This document shows positions 16,985-25,589 of a stretch of DNA of 34,824 bases, piece after piece (position 1 is the stretch's first letter; each line of letters begins with the position of its first letter). The translations under genes and the position numbers were made by a program. Source of the stretch: an uncultured Coriobacteriaceae bacterium (lineage in GTDB: Bacteria > Actinomycetota > Coriobacteriia > Coriobacteriales > QAMH01); NCBI GenBank assembly GCA_902796975.1, contig CADBRF010000300.1, positions 1 through 34,824 on the forward strand. Direction: 5' to 3'. Below the pieces are notes generated by a model, which was not told the DNA's origin, searched no databases, and worked only from the letters and a program-made list of their open reading frames with translations.

Positions 16985-17902
16985 TTAGCGCGAGCTCTTA
17001 GGGACAAATTTCTTGCCCGTGATAAGCTCGTACGCCTGCACGTACTTCTTGGACGTTGCCTCGATGATATCTGTAGACAGGTGGGGCGGGTTGCCAGTGC
17101 GATCCCAGTGGGCATCAAGCCAGTTACGCACGAACTGCTTGTCGAAACTCGGCTGGACCTCGCCTTCCTTGTAGCCCTCCATGGGCCAGAAACGGGAGGA
17201 GTCTGGGGTGAGTACTTCGTCGGCAAGCGTCAGCTGGCCATTAACCAGACCAAACTCGAACTTTGTGTCGGCGATGATGATGCCGCGGTCAGCTGCATAG
17301 GCTGCAGCGGTCTTGTAGACCTTGAGGGAGGCGTCGCGCAGGCTTGCGGCTGCGTCCTCGCCCAGGAGCTCAACGGTGCGCTCGTAGGAGACGTTCTCAT
17401 CATGGTCGCCGATAGCGGCCTTCGTGGACGGGGTGTAGATAGGCTCAGGAATCTTGCTTGCCTCTACGAGGCCGGTTGGGAGCTTGATACCGCAGACTTC
17501 GCCCGTAGCCTTGTAGCTCTTGAGGCCACTTCCGGTGAGATAGCCACGCACGATGCACTCGACAGGGTACATATCGGCCTTCTTGACCAGCATGAAACGG
17601 CCATTCAGCCAGTCTGCATAGGGTGCGAAACGCTCAGGCAGATCGTTCACATCGGTGCTGATGAGATGATTGGCAATGGTGTCTTTGAGCAGGTCAAACC
17701 AGAAGAGCGAAAGCTGTGTGAGCACCTCGCCCTTATGGGGAATCTCGTCTTCGAGGATATAGTCAAATGCCGAAATTCGGTCAGTTGCCACAATAAGCAG
17801 CGTGTCTCCCAAATCGTAGAGATCGCGAACCTTACCCTGAGAGTCGGGCCTCAGAACCTGTTCGTCCACAGCCACACACCTTCCTACTCGTTCTTCATCC
17901 AT
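16985..17902 (-). CDS. purC: Phosphoribosylaminoimidazole-succinocarboxamide (SAICAR) synthase
   Basis: 305-aa long-form PurC with GKVRDLYDLGDTLLIVATDRISAFD and ADTKFEFG motifs. Confidence 0.93.
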   Translation of the reverse strand: MDEERVGRCVAVDEQVLRPDSQGKVRDLYDLGDTLLIVATDRISAFDYILEDEIPHKGEVLTQLSLFWFDLLKDTIANHLISTDVNDLPERFAPYADWLNGRFMLVKKADMYPVECIVRGYLTGSGLKSYKATGEVCGIKLPTGLVEASKIPEPIYTPSTKAAIGDHDENVSYERTVELLGEDAAASLRDASLKVYKTAAAYAADRGIIIADTKFEFGLVNGQLTLADEVLTPDSSRFWPMEGYKEGEVQPSFDKQFVRNWLDAHWDRTGNPPHLSTDIIEATSKKYVQAYELITGKKFVPKSSR

Positions 17903-18031
17903 CCAGCCTTAAACAAGCGGCTGGGAAACGACGCTTATTGTAATGCCGCGCGGCGCGCTTAGCACGCTGCACGGCAACATTGAACGCACAAACGCTGGAA
18001 TCAACTGGTCACGCGTCACTTGCGCGACGTG

Positions 18032-19417
18032 TCACCTCTCTACGCTGTGTTTGCCCTTGGGCTCTTTGCTCTTGGAGTCGCCCCAAAAACTTGTCGGAAC
18101 CTTCAGACCGAAAAGCGTCAGTTGCCTGCCATCAATATCCTCGGCGCCCGGTGTATGGGATTCTTCTTCGCGCTTCTGCAGCTTGGCGAGTTTCTCCGCC
18201 TCTTTCCGCGTGCGGTCTTGTTCCTTGGTGGCTTTGCGAAGCTCCTTGCTCGCCTTCTTGAATTCCTTCCGCTCGCGGTCAAGCTCTTTTCGGGCAGCAC
18301 GCGCAGAAGGGCTCATATCGAAGAGACTCGGCGAGGTCGAAGAAAGGGAAACACGGGAGGGATCCTTCTCGGAGAGGGGGATTGAAATGGTGAAAGTGCT
18401 GCCCTCGCCTTTGACGCTCTCCACAGTGACTTCGCCTCTGTGCTGGTCTGCAACCTCGCGCACAAGCGAGAGACCGATGCCCAGTCCACCCGTTCCCGTG
18501 GCGCGTGCGCTATCCGCTCGCCAGAAGCGGGAGAACACCTGCTTAAGGTCTTCCTCCGCTATGCCAATTCCGGTGTCCGTCACGCTCACGGACGCGTTGC
18601 CGTTCTCCCGTTCGAGCGAGATGAAGATGGAACCGCCCTCGGGTGTGTACCGAACAGCGTTGGAGACGAGATTGCCGATGGCCTGGTTGATGAGGTCGCG
18701 ATCGCCTTCGATGTGGACGTCGGGATCAACCCGCGAGCGCAGTGTCAGACCGACGGAGTCGATGAGGGCTTCATGGCCCATAACGAGGTGCTCAACGAGA
18801 TCCGAGAGGTTGATGTCTTCGACCTTGAGCTTGAGCATGCCGTTTTCGAGGCGGTTGAGGTGGAGCAGGGCATCGACGAGCCTGCCCAGCCTGCGCGACT
18901 CCTGAGCAAGCGTGGCAAGGCGCTCTTCGTCGGCCTCGAACACACCGTCTTGGATTGCCTCGACCGTAGCCTGGATTGCCTGGATGGGTGTGCGCAGCTC
19001 ATGCGCCACGTCGCCGATGAGCTGACGTTCGAGGTTGTGGTCACGCTCGACAGATTCGGCCATGTTATCGAACGTTTCGCCCAGCTGGTTCAAGTCGTCA
19101 TCGCCATGCAGGTCAGACCGTGCGGAGAGATCGCCGTTTTGAATCTTCTTGGCGGCGGAGGAAATGCGCGAAACCGGTTCCACGACGCGACTCGCAACAT
19201 ATGTGCCGACGAGCGCGGAAATGATGAGGGAAATCGCCGCACCCATGGCAAGTCCGAAATAGATATCGGCATCGGTAAGCTCTGGCCCCCGATGCATGTT
19301 CCATCCGATGAGCACCATCGATGCGGTGATGAGCACCGAAAGAACCGACGCGAGAATGAACGAGACAGTTACATAGGCGCCGAAGGATGTCTTACGGGAA
19401 GGCTTCTGTTTGCCCAT
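18032..19417 (-). CDS. Sensor histidine kinase (2 TM, HAMP, HisKA, HATPase_c) with a long charged C-terminal tail
   Basis: H-box IGDVAHELRTPIQAI, N-box LVSNAVRYTP, G-boxes DTGIGI and GGLGIGLS. About 110 residues rich in Lys/Glu/Arg follow the ATPase domain. Confidence 0.93.
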   Translation of the reverse strand: MGKQKPSRKTSFGAYVTVSFILASVLSVLITASMVLIGWNMHRGPELTDADIYFGLAMGAAISLIISALVGTYVASRVVEPVSRISSAAKKIQNGDLSARSDLHGDDDLNQLGETFDNMAESVERDHNLERQLIGDVAHELRTPIQAIQATVEAIQDGVFEADEERLATLAQESRRLGRLVDALLHLNRLENGMLKLKVEDINLSDLVEHLVMGHEALIDSVGLTLRSRVDPDVHIEGDRDLINQAIGNLVSNAVRYTPEGGSIFISLERENGNASVSVTDTGIGIAEEDLKQVFSRFWRADSARATGTGGLGIGLSLVREVADQHRGEVTVESVKGEGSTFTISIPLSEKDPSRVSLSSTSPSLFDMSPSARAARKELDRERKEFKKASKELRKATKEQDRTRKEAEKLAKLQKREEESHTPGAEDIDGRQLTLFGLKVPTSFWGDSKSKEPKGKHSVER

Positions 19418-19425
19418 ACGCTAGC

Positions 19426-20145
19426 CTACTTCTTCTGTGTGCTATGTGCCGTGGGATCCTCAAAACGGTAGCCTACACCGTGCACGGTATAGAGCCAGGT
19501 GGGATGCTTCGGATCGTCCCCAAGCTTGGCACGAAGATTCTTGATATGGCTGTCGATGGTGCGCTCATAGCCCTCGAAGTCGTAGCCGAGCACCTTCTCC
19601 ACGAGCTCCATGCGAGTGCAGACACGGCCTGGATAGCGGGAGAGCGTGGTGAGCAGCTTGAACTCGCTAGCGGTGAGGTCGATTTCCTCGCCTTTCACGA
19701 AGACCCTGTGGCCGGAAAGGTCGATGGTGAGATCGCCGTAGGTAAGAACCTCGCGCTGCGGCTCTGCATCGGCGTGAGCACGCCGGAGGAGAGCACGCAC
19801 GCGGGCGACAAGCTCGCGCGGGGAGAAGGGCTTGACGAGGTAGTCGTCTGCACCCAGCTCCAGACCGATGGTGCGGTCTTCCACTTCGCCCTTTGCGGTG
19901 AGCATGATGATGGGCACTTCCGACTTATCACGGATGACGCGGCAGACCTTCTCGCCTGGGACCTTTGGAAGCATAAGGTCGAGGATGACGAGGTCAAAGT
20001 TGTGCATCTCGAATTCGTCGATTGCCTGCTGCCCGTCGTAAGCAGCGGTAACCCAGTAATTCTCGCGTTTGAGGTAGGCGGCAACAGCGTCGCTAATCGC
20101 CTTCTCATCCTCCACGAGCAAGATACGACGTGAATCAGCACCCAT
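19426..20145 (-). CDS. OmpR/PhoB-family response regulator
   Basis: Start chosen at MGADSRRILLVEDE (20145), preceded by AAGGAG. It has the receiver Asp in VILDLMLP and a C-terminal winged helix (LYTVHGVGYRF). Confidence 0.93.
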   Translation of the reverse strand: MGADSRRILLVEDEKAISDAVAAYLKRENYWVTAAYDGQQAIDEFEMHNFDLVILDLMLPKVPGEKVCRVIRDKSEVPIIMLTAKGEVEDRTIGLELGADDYLVKPFSPRELVARVRALLRRAHADAEPQREVLTYGDLTIDLSGHRVFVKGEEIDLTASEFKLLTTLSRYPGRVCTRMELVEKVLGYDFEGYERTIDSHIKNLRAKLGDDPKHPTWLYTVHGVGYRFEDPTAHSTQKK

Positions 20146-20193
20146 GTCCACTGTGGTGCTCCTTTCGCTTGTTTTCAAAACCGCGCGATGCGG

Positions 20194-20221
20194 TATATAC
20201 ATGAAAAAGTTTACCATTCAA
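20194..20221 (-). promoter_or_regulatory. Putative promoter TTGAAT-N16-TATATA for the two-component operon
   Basis: The minus strand reads TTGAATGGTAAACTTTTTCATGTATATA, about 50 nt upstream of the response-regulator ATG and downstream of a GC palindrome (AGCGCCGGCGCT) plus TTTCTT. Confidence 0.45.
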
Positions 20222-20294
20222 GAAAGCGCCGGCGCTAACCGTCACCTAGTCGCCATATAAATAAATGCGTTTACCTGCACGGCTCACTGATGAA

Positions 20295-21527
20295 CTAGAT
20301 GCTCACGGGCTCAATCTTGCGGAGCACCACCAGGGAAACTTCGTTTTCGCCTTCGAGGCGCGTAATGGTGGCGTAGTTGTAAACGGCGTTTGTCTCGCCA
20401 AGCACGACAGGATAATCGCCCTGGTTCTCAGTGCCGCTGGGCGCGTCAATTGTGAAATAGCGCTTTCGGGTCATGTCTACAAACACCGTGCGCGAGCCTG
20501 ATTTGCAGCAGAGCCACCCGCGGCAGTAGCCCGGCGGCGTGATGGGGGTCTTGATGAGCCGGAGCCACTGGGACCCGTCAGCTGAATAGTAAGTGCCCAC
20601 GTTGAAGATGCCATCCCCATAGTCGTAGGACGCCTTGATGCCAAAAGCAAAGCGATTGCGCAGGTAGATGGCAGATTGTGGCCGATAGCCGCGGGGCATT
20701 GCCTGACTTGCCACAGCCGCTCCATTTGTGAAGGCCGTGAGCTGGTAGATGACCCCCGACGCATCCGCGCGAGGCATGGCGCAGATGGTGTCGCCATTAC
20801 TGTAGAGGCCGCCATTGAACCTGCCATGCGAGGTATAAGCCGTTGAGACGGAGCCGCCATTTGCAATCTTGAGCAAAGAATCCTCTTTGGTCTTGGAACC
20901 CTTTTCGGCAGGTTGGACAATCCAATAGACCGTCCCGAGCGAGCACGTGATCTCGGGCGCGTCATAGTTCGCGTCGCCCTCGTCGAGCAGGGAGACCTGA
21001 CCCAGCGCAAGGCCATTGATGGGGGCGGAGTAGACACGCCAGTCGCCGGTAAGGTAATTGCTCTCAACCCAGCCCAGCACGGTATCCCCGCATCCAACGC
21101 CGTAGATGCTATAGCCCTCGCTGTGCCCCTGGGCCTTATCGAGAACCTGGCGCATGGTGCCATTGGCGAGGTTCACGAGCGAGACCGTGGAGAGCGGCTT
21201 GGCGGTTTCTCCCACACAGAGCGCCGCCGCCTTTCCCTCGGTTGAGGAGAAGAACATGGTCCCCGTGGGAAACTCAGCCACATCGGTAATCTTGTACATG
21301 GATTTCGGATCATCGATTTCGGAATAGGCGTCGAGCGTCGTGACCGCATCATCCGAGACCGTCAGCACGTCAACGCTGCTATTCGAGCCACCTCTGCTGC
21401 ATCCGGGAAGCACAAATCCCGCAAGGGCGAGCGCTGAGGCTCCCGCAAGAGTACGCACGGCTTCCCGTCGCGTAAAAAGGCGCGGCGGGACCTTCAATGC
21501 GTCTATGTTGTGGGAAGCCTTTGCCAT
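20295..21527 (-). CDS. Tat-signal lipoprotein, probable beta-propeller, unknown function
   Basis: Twin-arginine motif TRREAVRTLAGASALALAGFVLPGC followed by a lipobox-like Cys. The mature part is Gly/Tyr/Ser-rich and beta-rich (repeated YS.DG / NGG patterns). Confidence 0.8.
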   Translation of the reverse strand: MAKASHNIDALKVPPRLFTRREAVRTLAGASALALAGFVLPGCSRGGSNSSVDVLTVSDDAVTTLDAYSEIDDPKSMYKITDVAEFPTGTMFFSSTEGKAAALCVGETAKPLSTVSLVNLANGTMRQVLDKAQGHSEGYSIYGVGCGDTVLGWVESNYLTGDWRVYSAPINGLALGQVSLLDEGDANYDAPEITCSLGTVYWIVQPAEKGSKTKEDSLLKIANGGSVSTAYTSHGRFNGGLYSNGDTICAMPRADASGVIYQLTAFTNGAAVASQAMPRGYRPQSAIYLRNRFAFGIKASYDYGDGIFNVGTYYSADGSQWLRLIKTPITPPGYCRGWLCCKSGSRTVFVDMTRKRYFTIDAPSGTENQGDYPVVLGETNAVYNYATITRLEGENEVSLVVLRKIEPVSI

Positions 21528-21536
21528 AGTTCGACC

Positions 21537-21806
21537 CTACTGCTCCTGCATCGCTTCCCGGAGGGCTTTTGCGAGCTGGTCAGGGCAGGACGTGGTTTTG
21601 ATGCCGCAGGTAGTGCCCATGAGGCGGTCTGAGACCTCGGCGGCGTCCATGCCCTCGACAAGCTTGCTGATGCCATTGGTGTTGCCGTCGCAGCCACCAA
21701 CGAATTGAACTTTATGAAGGCGCCCTTCATCGTCGAGGGAGAACTTCACCGCCCGCGAGCATGTGCCTTGGTTGCGGTAAACGAAGCTTTTCATTTCCTC
21801 TGCCAT
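21537..21806 (-). CDS. TSCPD-domain small protein (TIGR03905-like four-Cys family)
   Basis: Contains GTCSRAV...FVGGCDGNTNGISKLVEG...TTCGIKTTSCPDQLAKAL. The ATG at 21806 is preceded by AAGGAAAG; the ORF-track start at 21821 is a TTG. Confidence 0.85.
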   Translation of the reverse strand: MAEEMKSFVYRNQGTCSRAVKFSLDDEGRLHKVQFVGGCDGNTNGISKLVEGMDAAEVSDRLMGTTCGIKTTSCPDQLAKALREAMQEQ

Positions 21807-21829
21807 TAGCTTTCCTTTCAAGAGAAGAG

Positions 21830-21862
21830 CTCGGCACAGGGCGCACTATGCCCCATGCCGAG
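21830..21862 (-). terminator. Hairpin downstream of purB (possible partial terminator)
   Basis: Stem CTCGGCA (21830-21836) pairs with TGCCGAG (21856-21862), with inner GGGC/GCCC pairing. The minus-strand tail CTCTTCTCTT is only moderately T-rich. Confidence 0.35.
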
Positions 21863-21880
21863 TTCAAAGCGTAAGCGGTT

Positions 21881-23224
21881 CTAGAATTCGAGTTCTTCCA
21901 GGCGCTTGAAGATAACATCCTTGCGCGTGAGGAACTGCCACGGGTCGAAAATCTCATCGAGCTGGTCAGCCGTAAGCGTGCACTCCGGGTCTGCCTCGAG
22001 GTTTTCGCGGAAGGTCGGCCCCTGCTCAGCCTGTTGCAGGTCGCCCCACACCTTCATGGCGTTGCGCTGCACAATGGCGTAGGCGGCTTCGCGGGTGATG
22101 CCGGTGTTAACAAGAGCGAGCAGAACACGGCTGGAGAAGATGAGGCCGCGGGTACGGTGGAGATTGGCCTCGGAGTTCTTGCGGTAGAGCTGCAGGCCGT
22201 CGAGGATGGTCTCCATCTTGCCGCAGATGTAATCGAAGGCGGTGAAGCTGTCAGGCATTACAACGCGCTCGGCGCCAGAGTGCGAGATATCGCGCTCGTG
22301 CCAGAGGGCGACGTTGTCAAACCCGACCTGCGCATTAGCCTTGATGACGCGTGCGAGGCCGCACACACGCTCAACGGTGATGGGATTGCGCTTGTGAGGC
22401 ATAGCGGAGCTACCCTTCTGGCCTTTGCGGAAGGGCTCCTCCATCTCAAGCGTATCAGTTTTCTGGAGGCTGCGAATCTCGGTGGCAATCTGCTCGAGCG
22501 TTGAAGCGGAAACCGCCAGGGCGGCAAGCACCTGAGCATGGCGGTCGCGATTGATGACTTGGGTGGAGAGCGGGTCCACGGCAAGGCCGAGCTTCTCGCA
22601 GACATACTCTTCAACACGGGGGTCGATGTTGGAGTAACTTCCCACAGCGCCGGAGATGGCGCCCACTGCGATGCCCTTGCGGGCGAAGAGAAGACGTTCT
22701 TCTGCGCGTTTGAGCGCCCAGGCCCACATGCCGAACTTCATGCCGATAGTCATGGGCTCTGCATGGATGCCATGAGTGCGGCCCACGCACAGGGTGTCCT
22801 TCTCCTCGAAGGCACGGCGCTTGGTGATGCGGCCGAGCTTGCGCACATCTTCGATGACAATGTCGAGTGCCTGGCAGATGAGATAGCACATGGCCGTATC
22901 GCCCAGATCGGAGCTCGTCATGCCATAGTGCACCCAGCGGCTGGGCTTGGGTTGCCCCTCGGGAATCTCAGCGTCGATGTACTTCGCCATGACCGTGGTG
23001 AAGGCGATGACGTCGTGATTGGTGACTTTCTCAACCTCGTCTATTTCGGGGACCGTGAAATCCGCATGGTCGCGAATCCACTGAGCTTCTTCCTTGGTGA
23101 TGCCAATCTCGCCGAGCTCAGCCTGTGCCTCGCAGGCAAGGATTTCGATCTCTTTCCAGACCTCGAACTTGTTCTGGAGTGTCCAGATCTTGCCCATGGC
23201 AGGACGTGTATAGCGTTCAATCAT
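21881..23224 (-). CDS. purB: Adenylosuccinate lyase
   Basis: Start chosen at MIERYTRPAMGKIW (23224). The fumarate-lyase signature region GSSAMPHKRNP is present. Confidence 0.95.
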   Translation of the reverse strand: MIERYTRPAMGKIWTLQNKFEVWKEIEILACEAQAELGEIGITKEEAQWIRDHADFTVPEIDEVEKVTNHDVIAFTTVMAKYIDAEIPEGQPKPSRWVHYGMTSSDLGDTAMCYLICQALDIVIEDVRKLGRITKRRAFEEKDTLCVGRTHGIHAEPMTIGMKFGMWAWALKRAEERLLFARKGIAVGAISGAVGSYSNIDPRVEEYVCEKLGLAVDPLSTQVINRDRHAQVLAALAVSASTLEQIATEIRSLQKTDTLEMEEPFRKGQKGSSAMPHKRNPITVERVCGLARVIKANAQVGFDNVALWHERDISHSGAERVVMPDSFTAFDYICGKMETILDGLQLYRKNSEANLHRTRGLIFSSRVLLALVNTGITREAAYAIVQRNAMKVWGDLQQAEQGPTFRENLEADPECTLTADQLDEIFDPWQFLTRKDVIFKRLEELEF

Positions 23225-23355
23225 GCTGTGCTTCCCTTCTTCGCAGGCGCGGTCAATTGCATGGTATCCCATGCGCCCCCGTCATGAAAGAAACATATGA
23301 GAAGAGAAGCGCGTGGCGGAAAGAATCACCCGCCGATGCAACGCGTTTCGTCCGG

Positions 23356-24420
23356 CTAGAACTCTTTAATGAGCACATCATCTGCTGCCGCGCGCTTTGC
23401 CGCGGAGGCATAGGCTGTCTCGGCGTCAGACACGGAGATTTCGTCTGTTCCAAAAGAGTAGTAGATGGATTTGGTGAGCTCATCACCGCTGGCAGGTATG
23501 GCCTCAGCAAGTTCTGCAGCAGCATCTGCCTTTTCGGTATAGGTGCCGATAAGCGTTTCCGCATCAGCGCTCTCTTCGAGCAACGCCGCATCAACATCGA
23601 GCGCCGCCTGTGCAGTCTGAGCTTGGGCCCCCGCATAGGCAACAAGCGCCTCGAGGTCTACATCGGGGCATTCGCTGGCGATGGCTGCCAGATCATCTTG
23701 CGCCTGTTCGAAAAGGCCGAGCGCTTCCTGATCGAGCTGAGTCGCCTTTTTGAGCTGAGTTGTCGTGGGGTTTTCTATTGCGCTGGCAGCTTCCTTGAGC
23801 TTGTCCTGTCCGGTCGTGAGATGGGTGTAGACATCTTCTGCCGTGGGCATCAGCTCATAGGTTGCAACACCTGCCTGGAGCACGACCGCACCGTTTGTGA
23901 GCATGGCCTGCCGCGAGCTTATCGCATCTTGAAGATTGCTAAGGAGGGATTTCTTGTTGAGAACATTGCTGTAGCTCGAGCACAGCTGCGTGGCCTCGTC
24001 GAGCGTGGATTGGGCCTCGTCGGTCTTGCCGAGAATATGGCTGATGCTTTCAACGGCTTCGTCACTCAGCTCCTGGCTCATGAGCTCGCTCATGGGAACG
24101 ACCGTTTCATCGGCCTTGTCGATAACAGCGGTCACCGCTTCGAGTGCCTGTTCCGTTGAAAACTCGCCGTTGGTTCCATTCTGAGTTCCAGGGGGGCCGG
24201 CACATGCCGCTGTCACCAGCAGAGTCGCCATGCCAAGGGCGACAGCACCTGCAAGGGTGGTGCCTTTCCTGTACTTCTGGGGATGGGTTGCTGCCCCAAC
24301 GAAGCCTTCTGGCTCTTGCTCGTTCAGTGAATCACTACCAGGAGTAGTTCCTGGCGGCACGCATGCGAGCACTTCAGGCTCAGGCAATTGTTGACATGCC
24401 GCGCATCTGACACTGTCCAT
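23356..24420 (-). CDS. Membrane-anchored Ala/Glu/Asp-rich helical protein, unknown function
   Basis: 354 aa. A roughly 50-aa N-terminal segment carries three Cys, followed by one TM/lipobox-like segment (LAGAVALGMATLLVTAAC) and then a long low-complexity helical ectodomain. The opposite-strand 344-aa ORF is Cys/Arg-rich and looks spurious. Confidence 0.68.
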   Translation of the reverse strand: MDSVRCAACQQLPEPEVLACVPPGTTPGSDSLNEQEPEGFVGAATHPQKYRKGTTLAGAVALGMATLLVTAACAGPPGTQNGTNGEFSTEQALEAVTAVIDKADETVVPMSELMSQELSDEAVESISHILGKTDEAQSTLDEATQLCSSYSNVLNKKSLLSNLQDAISSRQAMLTNGAVVLQAGVATYELMPTAEDVYTHLTTGQDKLKEAASAIENPTTTQLKKATQLDQEALGLFEQAQDDLAAIASECPDVDLEALVAYAGAQAQTAQAALDVDAALLEESADAETLIGTYTEKADAAAELAEAIPASGDELTKSIYYSFGTDEISVSDAETAYASAAKRAAADDVLIKEF

Positions 24421-24450
24421 AAGTTTGCTTCCGACGGCTCGCGCGTGCGC

Positions 24451-24478
24451 TTTCCCAGCAGGGAAATACCCCTATAAT
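24451..24478 (+). promoter_or_regulatory. Inverted repeat TTTCCC-AGCA-GGGAAA abutting a perfect TATAAT (candidate promoter/operator of the WYL pair)
   Basis: TTTCCC at 24451-24456, GGGAAA at 24461-24466, TATAAT at 24473-24478. A further TTTCCCA copy lies at 24520 and a GGGAAA at 24557. Confidence 0.4.
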
Positions 24479-24509
24479 AAACAGCGAACGAGAGAGGCCT
24501 GCATTCTGG

Positions 24510-24523
24510 CGAACGCGCGTTTC
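24510..24523. promoter_or_regulatory. LexA (Cheo)-type box candidate CGAACGCGCGTTTC in the WYL-pair leader
   Basis: It matches CGAAC-N4-GTTYC and has the same GAAC-N4-GTTT core as the ruvC box. It lies between the TATAAT and the candidate start codons and overlaps the -35 position of an alternative TATGAT -10 (24542-24547). Confidence 0.35.
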
Positions 24524-24565
24524 CCACAAATGCAGCCTGTATATGATAAACCAAATGGGAAATGG

Positions 24566-25588
24566 ATGCTTTTGAGCATGATAAGTGGGGATAAAAGCGC
24601 ATCAGAACGGTTAGATACGCTTGCATTGTGCATCATGCGCCATGCGCCCATCTCCTACGAGCGCATCCGTTCCATCGTTACTTCCTATGCCCCAGCAGAC
24701 CCTTCTACCCCTGCCGAAGAGCAGCGCAAACGCGAAGCGAGCACTCGTCGCATGTTCGAGCGCGACAAGCAGGACCTGGAAAGCAGGGGCATCTACCTGC
24801 AGCTCGACGGTCAGATGCGCTACAGCATCGACGCGCAGCGCACCTATGCCGCCCCCGTGGAGATAACGGAGGAACAGGCGAGCGTGCTGCGCGTACTGGC
24901 TGGCGCTCTTATCTCCGACCAGTCCTACCCGTTGGCAGACGAACTCAGGCACGCCTTAGTCAAGCTCTCCAACGAACTCGAGATTCCCGACCTCATGATC
25001 GAGAACATCGATAGCCCCAAGAAAACCGGTTCGGGGCGCAATACCCAAGCCGGGCGGCTCTACAAGGTCAAAACCGCCATTGCCGAAAGCAAGCGGCTCA
25101 AGTTCTCCTACACCGACGCGCAAGGCAAGACCTCCGAGCGCGAAGTAGAGCCCGCCGGTTGCTTCGTGCTGCAGAAACGCGGATATCTCGTCGCCTTTGA
25201 CCCCTCTCGCGATGGCATGCGAGAGTTCAGACTGGACCGCATGAACTCGCTCTCCTTCTCGCGTGATACATCTCCATTCGAGCGTCACCCCTTCGACCTT
25301 GACGAATGGCGTAAGCTCCCCTTCCAGTTTGGCGGCGGACATATTGCAGCAGATGTGCTCATAGAGGGCACGAGCGAGAACAGGGCTCGCCAACTCACTC
25401 TTGACTTTGGCTCTCTCGAGGCGAGAGATGGTAGCTATCTGTGGCATATCGATGCGGCAGATGCCAAGGCTCTTGCACGCTGGTGCATCGAAATGGGCCC
25501 TGGTGTCACACCCATTGCCCCACCCGAAGCGCGCGCTGCATATCTCGTGGGCATACAGCGCGCACTCGACGTTTGCAAGGAAGCCTAA
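24566..25588 (+). CDS. HTH-WYL domain transcriptional regulator (PafB/PafC-like), first of a tandem pair
   Basis: N-terminal wHTH-like region (ERLDTLALCIMRHAPISYERI). WYL domain FSYTDAQGKTSEREVEPAGCFVLQKRGYLVAFDPSRDGMREFRLDRM. A C-terminal extension is present. The start is uncertain: 24530, 24566 or 24578 (the ORF-track start 24425 is unlikely). Confidence 0.85.
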   Translation: MLLSMISGDKSASERLDTLALCIMRHAPISYERIRSIVTSYAPADPSTPAEEQRKREASTRRMFERDKQDLESRGIYLQLDGQMRYSIDAQRTYAAPVEITEEQASVLRVLAGALISDQSYPLADELRHALVKLSNELEIPDLMIENIDSPKKTGSGRNTQAGRLYKVKTAIAESKRLKFSYTDAQGKTSEREVEPAGCFVLQKRGYLVAFDPSRDGMREFRLDRMNSLSFSRDTSPFERHPFDLDEWRKLPFQFGGGHIAADVLIEGTSENRARQLTLDFGSLEARDGSYLWHIDAADAKALARWCIEMGPGVTPIAPPEARAAYLVGIQRALDVCKEA

Positions 25589-25589
25589 C

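Noticed and set aside
16970-17962. 330-aa plus-strand ORF
   Set aside because: Antisense shadow of purC, whose minus-strand frame has unmistakable SAICAR synthase motifs.
18440-19471. 343-aa plus-strand ORF (also 17943..18905, 320 aa)
   Set aside because: Both are antisense to the histidine kinase gene, with Ser/Arg/Leu-rich or His/Arg-rich composition and no domain features.
20146-20217. ORF-track N-terminal extensions: response regulator here, also 3347-3400, 3994-4074, 5073-5210, 13821-13880, 23225-23272 and 33233-33289
   Set aside because: In each case an internal ATG with a good Shine-Dalgarno sequence matches the conserved family N-terminus, and the extension overlaps an upstream gene or promoter. 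The extensions are treated as non-coding, although the starts remain unverified.
23125-24159. 344-aa plus-strand ORF
   Set aside because: It overlaps the purB 5' end and the 354-aa minus-strand gene. Its Cys/Arg/Phe-rich composition looks non-protein-like. The minus-strand product has a coherent TM segment plus a helical ectodomain.
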